DNA of 5,529 nucleotides from Octopus sinensis (lineage: Eukaryota), in the NCBI RefSeq assembly GCF_006345805.1, contig NW_021829859.1, positions 1 through 5,529 of the forward strand, in the 5' to 3' direction. A model generated the notes under the pieces. The model saw only the letters and a list, made by a program, of their open reading frames with translations, was not told where the DNA came from and made no database searches. The translations under genes and the position numbers were made by a program. Positions 1 through 5,529 of this stretch are shown here, one piece after another; the first letter of the stretch is position 1, and every line of letters begins with the position of its first letter.

Positions 1-427
1 GCATACAGGCTCAAAGCATACAGGCTCAGAAGCATACAGGCTCAGAAGCATACAGGCTCAGAAGCATACAGGCTCAGAAGCATACAGGCTCAGAAGCATA
101 CAGGCTCAGAAGCATACAGGCTCAGAAGCATACAGGCTTAGAAGCATACAGGCTCAGAAGCATACAGGCTCAGAGGCATACAGGCTCAGAAGCATCAGGC
201 TAGAAGCATACAGGCTTAGAAGCATACAGGCTTAGAAGCATACAGCTCAGAAGAATACAGGCTTAGAAGCATACAGGCTTAGAAGCATACAGGCTTAGAA
301 GCATACAGGCTTAGAAGCATACAGGCTTAGAAGCATAAAGGCTTAGAAGATACAGGCTCAGAAGCATACAGGCTCAGAAGCATACAGGCTTAGAAGCATA
401 CAGGCTCAGAAGCATACAGGCTCAGAA
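1..427. repeat. Tandem minisatellite, 16-bp unit GCATACAGGCT(C/T)AGAA, about 27 copies, truncated by the window start
   Basis: Head-to-tail copies are directly visible, with C/T variants (ctcagaa/cttagaa) and a few units shortened by single-base deletions. There are no spacers. Confidence 0.97.
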
Positions 428-677
428 GCAGACGGGCCTAGAAGGCTCAGAAGCATACGGGCCTAGAAGGCTCAAAAGCATACGGGCCTAGAAGGCTCAG
501 AAGCAGACGGGCCTAGAAGGCTCAAAAGCATACGGGCCTAGAAGGCTCAGAAGCAGACGGGCCTAGAAGGCTCAAAAGCATACGGGCCTAGAAGGCTCAG
601 AAGCAGACGGGCCTAGAAGGCTCAAAAGCATACGGGCCTAGAAGGCTCAGAAGCAGACGGGCCTAGAAGGCTCAGAA
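428..677. repeat. Tandem minisatellite, 25-bp unit GCA(T/G)ACGGGCCTAGAAGGCTCA(G/A)AA x10, with a 50-bp higher-order dimer
   Basis: Ten 25-bp units start at 428, 453, ... 653. From 478 they alternate gcatac...ctcagaa / gcagac...ctcaaaa (the last unit ends ctcagaa). Confidence 0.96.
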
Positions 678-819
678 ACATAAACCTACTTTCTTCATAA
701 GTCTCATCAGTCATAGACAGACAAAGCGGACGAACCATGGAAGAGCTCGAATGCCCAAAGCAATCGTCTCGTCAAAATTACTTTCCGCACTAAGTTTCTG
801 TCTCGCTCTTCTTTCTTAC

Positions 820-846
820 AATAAAATTCTTCATTCATTCATTCAT
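820..846 (+). repeat. AATAAA followed by a (TTCA)4 microsatellite; possible 3' tail of a non-LTR retroelement
   Basis: AATAAA at 820-825 and ttcattcattcattcat at 830-846. The repeat is seen directly; the retroelement-tail reading is inference. Confidence 0.4.
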
Positions 847-859
847 AATGTTGTTTAAC

Positions 860-868
860 TATATAAAA
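860..868 (+). promoter_or_regulatory. Putative TATA box of the H3 gene
   Basis: TATATAAAA about 45 nt upstream of the H3 ATG at 914. The AT-rich context weakens the inference. Confidence 0.4.
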
Positions 869-913
869 CAAAAATAACTAGCCTGAAACTGTTCTGTCTG
901 AAATAAAAAAAAT

Positions 914-1338
914 ATGGCTAGAACTAAACAAACTGCTCGAAAATCTACTGGAGCAAAAGTTCCAAGGAAACAATTGTCTGCAAAATCTGCTCGCAAGTCT
1001 GTTTCACATTTGGAGGGGTAAAGAAACCTCATCGATTTCGACCTGGAGTTGTTGCAATGCGAGAAAAGACGCGATATCAAAAGAGCACTGATTTGTTACT
1101 ACGAAAACTTCCATTCCAGAGACTCGTGAGAGAAACCGCTCAGTTTATCAAAACTGATTTGCGTTTTCAATCGTCAGCGATTGTCGCTCTCCAAGAAGCG
1201 GCAGAGAGTTACCTAGTTGGAATTTTTGAAGATAGTAATTTGTGCGCAATTCACGGAAAAAGAGTAACTATAATGCCAAACGATATGCATTTATCGAGAA
1301 GAATTCGAGGTGAAAAACATAATTTGTATTTTAAATAA
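914..1338 (+). pseudogene. H3: Histone H3 (divergent), frameshifted as assembled; pseudogene or sequencing error
   Basis: ATG 914 gives [32 protein letters not shown], then a premature TAA at 1019-1021. From 1012 a shifted frame continues [41 protein letters not shown]...[14 protein letters not shown]...RRIRGEK to TAA 1336-1338. A likely original stop lies at 1320-1322. Confidence 0.95.
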
Positions 1339-1548
1339 AAAATGATTTATTGTTTGGATAATTCTGAGACAATTTTTAATTTTTTGTTGAAGTTTGTAGA
1401 AAATGTAATGTTGCACCTCGTTTAGATAAAAAGAGGATACTAGTTGTGTATTTTAGAAAATATATAATTAAAAATTGTTTAATACGGATTTGTTGGATAA
1501 TTAATATATAGCAGGAAACAACAAAAACCTATAACCATGAACAAGCTA

Positions 1549-1744
1549 TAGTGAACAAAAATAAAAACTGAACATGCTTTTTCTTATAAATTTACAATTG
1601 GACAATATTGCAAATATGTCTCAAATTTATTTTTAACATAGATTAAAGTATTTCACATTTTTTTAGTTTTTTTAATAAATATATATTTATGCCCTTTTTT
1701 ATGATATCGAAAATTTAAAACCAAAAAAATACTGAACAAATTTA
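1549..1744 (+). repeat. Left long terminal inverted repeat of the Tc1 element
   Basis: Aligns by eye with the reverse complement of 2834-3026. The outer 24 bp are near-perfect, the middle is degenerate, and the inner TGAACAAATTTA (1733-1744) is exact. Confidence 0.8.
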
Positions 1745-1834
1745 AATTACTTATATATATCAAAAAAAGGTTTTATTTTTTAAAATTCGTTCAAATTCAA
1801 TCATTTGTAACCTCTCTACGTAGCCAATCATTGA

Positions 1835-2832
1835 ACATTTGAAGAAAAAGGCAGAATAATTGGCATGTATAAATCTGGAAAAACATACAGAGAAATACAA
1901 GATATCACGAAAAAGTATGCTTGGCACGATATTGCAAATTATCAAAAGCTATTCAAATAAGTGCTTGACGGACAAAAAAGTTGGGTCTGGTTGACCATTC
2001 GTTGCTCAATCGTCAAAAATATTTTAAATTAAAGAGGCTTGAAAAGTGGATGTCAATTTCAACTGTTTTTAATTTACTAAAACATTTACAGAAAAAAAGG
2101 GAAATCAGTAACAGCTCAAACAATAAAATAATACACGAAAAATTGGTCTGAATGCATATCCGCCCACGAAAAGACCATTTCTTACCAAAAACCCTAAACT
2201 TCAATGATTAAAGCTATGCCAAACATGCAATATGCTCTCAAAATATTTCGGGAGCGAGTTATTTTAAGTGATGAAAGTAAATTTAATATGTAAAATAGTG
2301 ATGTAAGAACTTTAGTATGGAGAAATCGCAAGGAAAAATATTTAACAAACAATCTTACAAAACAGTAAAATTCGGTAAAGGAACTATCATGAACTATCAT
2401 GCCATAATCAATATTGGATTCATTAATTTGGTTTTGATAAAAGAGAAGATTGGTGGAGCTTTGTATGTTAACATATTAACGAATAATATGATCTCATTTC
2501 TGAACAAAATCGAACATAAAGATCCTAGTTTCCAACAAGACAATGATCTGAAACATACTTCGGCAATAGCAAAGAGCTTTTTTCAAGTAAATAATATCGA
2601 ATTACTACTATGGCCAACACAAAGCCCAGATTTAAACCCTATAGAGAATGTTTGGGCCTTTATTAAAGAAAAAATCAAAGGAAGAGAATTTTTGAAAAAG
2701 GAACATTTATTTGCAAAAATATCATCCATTTGGAATTAACTCAAAATAGAATACGCAAAAAGTCTTATTAATAGCATGCCAGGCCGAATACTAGATGTAA
2801 TTAGAGCTAATGGAGGACATAATAGATATTAA
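1835..2832 (+). pseudogene. Tc1-like transposase, inactivated by stops and frameshifts
   Basis: Motifs in order: HTH-like TFEEKGRIIGMYKSGKTYREIQ (from 1835); GSG*P (GRPR motif, TGA 1992-1994); KRPFLT; VILSDESKFN (first D at 2270); KTVKFGKG; FQQDND; WPTQSPDLNPIENVW with 34 residues between D and E; after the stop at 2737-2739, LINSMPGRILDVIRANGGHNRY* ending at 2832. The start codon was not identified. Confidence 0.93.
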
Positions 2833-2833
2833 A

Positions 2834-3026
2834 TAAATTTGTTCATTTTTTGGGTTCTGAATTATGAATGAATGGAAAACCGTATAAATATAATATTTTT
2901 TAGACAAACTAAAAAATAAAGCAAAACTTTATTTAATTTTATAAATCAATAGATGTTATTTTTTAAATATTGTTTCATAGTAAATTCATGAGAAAATGCT
3001 TTTTCAGTTTTTATTTTTGTTCACTG
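2834..3026 (-). repeat. Right long terminal inverted repeat of the Tc1 element
   Basis: Ends ...ttcagtttttatttttgttcactg followed by TA. The inner TAAATTTGTTCA is at 2834-2845, just after the transposase stop. Confidence 0.8.
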
Positions 3027-3277
3027 TATATATTTACTATTTTTTGGGATAATTTAGCCTAAGTAAATAAATTATATTGGACTAAAAAAATATTTCGCCA
3101 ATGATAAAATAACACAGTATTGCGATATTTTATCTATAATTACTTCTAAATGTTTATTCGTTAATTGTGTTTGAAATTTTTTTGAAATTCGTTAAAAAAA
3201 CTTAACTGGTTGATCTATTGTATTTCGAAAACAATATTACAAAATAACAGTGCATTATTCAAATAATTAATTTAAAG

Positions 3278-3637
3278 TTAGGAAGTTGGTTTAGGAGTTT
3301 CTGCAGTTTTGCGAATCATAAATCCACCAGATGAAATAATAGCTTTCTGAGTTAATTCTTTTAATTCGTCGTCATTTCCAATTGCAACGACAATGTGACG
3401 TGTTTTAATTCTTCTTTTTCCACATTTTACTGCTGTATTTCCAGCAAGTTCAAGCATTTCAGCCACAGCATATTCCAATACTGCGCACATATATACTGCG
3501 GCAGGAATTCCTACTCGCATTCGGGTTTCATGACGGAGACACCGGTGAATGCGTCCAACTGGAAACTGTAACCCGGCCCGAACGGATTTGCTTTTAGCCT
3601 TTGACCGTACTTTTCCTCCTTTTCCTCTTGAAGACAT
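3278..3637 (-). CDS. H2A: Histone H2A, divergent, with a shortened non-canonical C-terminus (119 aa)
   Basis: Intact ORF with [34 protein letters not shown] and GG motifs of H2A. Confidence 0.95.
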   Translation of the reverse strand: MSSRGKGGKVRSKAKSKSVRAGLQFPVGRIHRCLRHETRMRVGIPAAVYMCAVLEYAVAEMLELAGNTAVKCGKRRIKTRHIVVAIGNDDELKELTQKAIISSGGFMIRKTAETPKPTS

Positions 3638-3805
3638 TATACTCTGCTAACTATTTTTTATTTACATAATAAAAAAAATGGCATTCCGAAATTTAGTTGA
3701 AAATTTTTTTCGGAATGGTCCTTTTTTGCATTAGTCGAAAAAATTTGGCAATGATACTTTTTTTGCATAGGTTGAAAATAGTGTTTATTTAGAGAATTTT
3801 TCCTA
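3638..3805. promoter_or_regulatory. 168-bp divergent (putatively bidirectional) promoter between H2A and H4
   Basis: Start codons point away from each other. Contains a 10-bp inverted repeat (3682-3691/3708-3717), two TTTTTTGCAT and two GTTGAAAAT motifs. Confidence 0.65.
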
Positions 3806-4114
3806 ATGTCTGGACGTGGTAAAGGTGGCAAAGGAGGAAAGAGTGGTGCAAAACGATTTCGAAAGATATTAATTGACAATATACAAGGAATTACTAAGCC
3901 AGCAATAAGAAGACTATGTCGAAGAGGGGGTGTTCGAAGAATTTCTGGAAAAATTTACGAGGAGACACGTTCTGTCCTTAAGATTTTTATTGAGCAAACT
4001 GTTCGTGATTGTATTTCTTATACTGAACATGCCAAAAGAAAAACTGTTATCGCAATGGACGTTGTTAATGCCTTGAAACGTCAAGGTAGGACAATTTACG
4101 GATTTGGTGGATAA
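3806..4114 (+). CDS. H4: Histone H4, divergent (102 aa)
   Basis: Intact [13 protein letters not shown]...[14 protein letters not shown]...[10 protein letters not shown]...[20 protein letters not shown] at 4133-4138. Confidence 0.98.
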   Translation: MSGRGKGGKGGKSGAKRFRKILIDNIQGITKPAIRRLCRRGGVRRISGKIYEETRSVLKIFIEQTVRDCISYTEHAKRKTVIAMDVVNALKRQGRTIYGFGG

Positions 4115-4336
4115 ATTATACATAATTTTTTTAATAAAATACATTGATATTCCTTACAAATTAACCAGATAAAAATTAGCAATTTCATAAATATACTAAC
4201 TAGCTACCAAACGACGGTGAAATACTACGATTGCTTTTTTAATTGGTAAGAAATCTTGTTGAAATAACAAAAAGTATATTTATACAGTAAATTAGAGTTA
4301 TATCGTTTGAAAAATTTATTTTTTTCTAATAGTTTA

Positions 4337-4377
4337 TTTTTTTGCATCTGTTTATAATTATGTTTATTTAGAGAATT
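4337..4377 (+). repeat. Dispersed copy of the H4 upstream/leader sequence (3758-3798)
   Basis: TTTTTTTGCAT-N13-TGTTTATTTAGAGAATT occurs at both places. The 11-bp and 17-bp blocks are identical and equally spaced. Confidence 0.8.
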
Positions 4378-4379
4378 AT

Positions 4380-4628
4380 TTGCGAATGGACCCCAGAGCT
4401 CCGGCCAATCGGGCAATGGACGATTATTTCTCCGAACATGGAGACAAATATCGTGGAAGACCTAGATCCACTCTTCCGACAGTTCTTGAAAGGGATCTCA
4501 AACTTCATGGCAAAAGTTTCAAAAACTGGGACGACCTAGAATCTTTACGGGATCTCGCCCGCAACAGAAGGGCATGGACAAGGATGGTCCAGAAGATTGT
4601 TTCGCTTGTGACACGTGTGGGATTATAA
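4380..4628 (+). mobile_element. 5'-truncated non-LTR retrotransposon fragment (RTE-like ORF C-terminus)
   Basis: LRM...PA..AM..YF...RGRPRST....L.RDL...DL..L..LA.NR..W matches the C-terminal pattern of RTE-clade ORFs. It is visibly GC-richer than its flanks and the frame is open. Confidence 0.75.
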
Positions 4629-4667
4629 CTTTGTTTATGTTCCTACGGAATGTGTTATAATAACTAA

Positions 4668-5252
4668 AAACATCAAAATTGATATTAATTCGGATTTATT
4701 TAAAATTGATTTGACGTATTAATTCATTCTTTTTCTTTTTGAGCCATTCCTTAGCTCTTTAACTGCAATCTCTTGTCGACCATCACCAATCTGATTTCAA
4801 TCGTCAACTAAGGCGCTGTTTTCAATCAATGCAGCGATTAGATGATACTTTTTCGAAAAAATTCGGATTATTATCAGCACTGCCGAGAACACATAAAAAA
4901 CCAAAATCAATTTAGTTCCTTTGTGTCGCGCAGACTACCCTTTGCACAAATCGTATTCAAAGCCCTTTCCGTTTCGTTTTAGCAAAGAATTTCTATTGCC
5001 ATTCTCGAGAACAGTCTGAGAATTTCCGTACATAAATGACTCTATTAACTTTTAAATAACTATAAATTGATTATTATTAACCAAGACCATACAGTGCAAG
5101 CCATCTTCTTAGTAAGTAATAACTCATTACTACTAATGAGACAACGCTTTATGAAGTCTAAATAAGCTTTGTCGTCTAGATATCTTTGTATCGCAACCAA
5201 CAATATTTAAAGCTATAAAGTTTGTGATGTAGTCACAAATGATAAATATGGC
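4668..5252 (-). mobile_element. Highly degenerate non-LTR (CR1/L2/Jockey-like) reverse transcriptase relic
   Basis: Collinear minus-strand peptides across frameshifts: AIFIICDYIT (5252-5223), AYLDF.KA (5167-5153), LLLTKK/ALYGLG, LIESFMYGNSQTVLENG (from 5048), GSL, VDD (4808-4800), KEWL (4752-4741), ILNKS...ILMF. Confidence 0.5.
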
Positions 5253-5529
5253 TCACTCGACACACTCAACGTTTAGTGGCAATTTTCCGATTGAAATCAA
5301 TGATGTCAGATTTACTCGATGTAATTGTGACAGAACATCAGTGTTTTATTCATAATCACGAGTAACGGAGTTCTCGGATTTGAAGTGTATTCCGGCTCAA
5401 AAAATTTTTTGTAACTTATCCAAATTCCTAGATGGAGTCCCCTCAAGATGAGAAAAATTTCCAAAAACTAGGATCAATAATTACTTAATTTTTTATTATT
5501 TTCGGTTTTGGGTTTAGTTAATAAAGTTT

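Larger units (their letters stand above)
1549..3026 (+). mobile_element. Tc1-family (DD34E) DNA transposon, full length (1478 bp), decayed
   Basis: TA target sites at 1547-1548 and 3027-3028. The termini are (T/C)AGTGAACAAAAATAAAAACTGAA, 23/24 identical in inverted orientation. An internal transposase relic is present. Confidence 0.93.

Noticed and set aside
1-677. CRISPR array or repeat-protein coding region
   Set aside because: Units are contiguous with no unique spacers. Unit lengths of 16 and 25 are not multiples of 3, and indels and TAG-containing variants interrupt the frames.
859-1080. 73-aa minus-strand ORF
   Set aside because: Antisense shadow of the H3 5' region with no recognisable motif.
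1057-1338. Tail-less H3 or CenH3-like protein starting at Met 1057 with a C-terminal extension
   Set aside because: The normal N-tail is encoded upstream from 914 in another frame, loop 1 is canonical length, and the extension is explained by a 1-nt deletion.
1760-2400. Three short minus-strand ORFs
   Set aside because: Antisense to the transposase relic, with low-complexity AT-rich translations.
2317-2739. Intact 140-aa transposase
   Set aside because: Only a fragment. It lacks the HTH and first catalytic Asp, starts out of frame, and stops prematurely before the true end at 2832.
1832-2739. Alternative genetic code (stop reassignment) explaining in-frame stops
   Set aside because: Stops co-occur with frameshifts in a decayed element, and TAA terminates H4 at the canonical position.
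3658-4416. Minus-strand ORFs 3658-3879, 3914-4144 and 4225-4416
   Set aside because: Antisense to H4, its promoter or the LINE junction. The shared NSLNKH peptide only reflects the duplicated leader DNA.
4352-4638. Target-site duplication around the RTE fragment (ttataattatgtttat 4352-4367 vs ttataactttgtttat 4623-4638)
   Set aside because: The match is 14/16 but low-complexity, is not flush with the apparent 5' junction, and overlaps the ORF stop with no 3' tail. It cannot be supported without an empty site.
5123-5239. Small hairpins CTCATTA-ctac-TAATGAG (5123-5140) and TTTGTGA-tgtag-TCACAAA (5221-5239) as histone stem-loops or operators
   Set aside because: They do not match the histone stem-loop consensus, lie about 1 kb from any histone stop and inside the RT relic, and 7-bp AT-rich stems arise by chance.
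4115-5529. H2B or H1 gene remnant
   Set aside because: No H2B-like (YIYKVLKQVHP, AMSIMNSF) or H1-like peptide was recognised in the ORF track or in the frames read by eye.

Overview
AT-rich eukaryotic genomic DNA in the standard code (H4 ends at its canonical GG-TAA). It holds a small, intronless, strongly diverged histone cluster. H3 (+) starts at 914 and is broken by two 1-nt deletions whose repair gives exactly canonical length. A short-tailed H2A (3278-3637, -) lies head-to-head with a roughly 80%-identity H4 (3806-4114, +). No H2B and no histone 3' stem-loop are visible. Repeats and mobile DNA surround the cluster: a 16-bp to 25/50-bp minisatellite (1-677), a full-length decayed Tc1 (DD34E) transposon with about 195-bp IR/DR-type ends between H3 and H2A (1549-3026), the 3' end of an RTE-like LINE ORF behind a copy of the H4 leader (4337-4628), and a very decayed non-LTR reverse transcriptase relic on the minus strand (about 4668-5252). 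The organism cannot be identified from the sequence alone. All alignments were done by eye against remembered consensus sequences.
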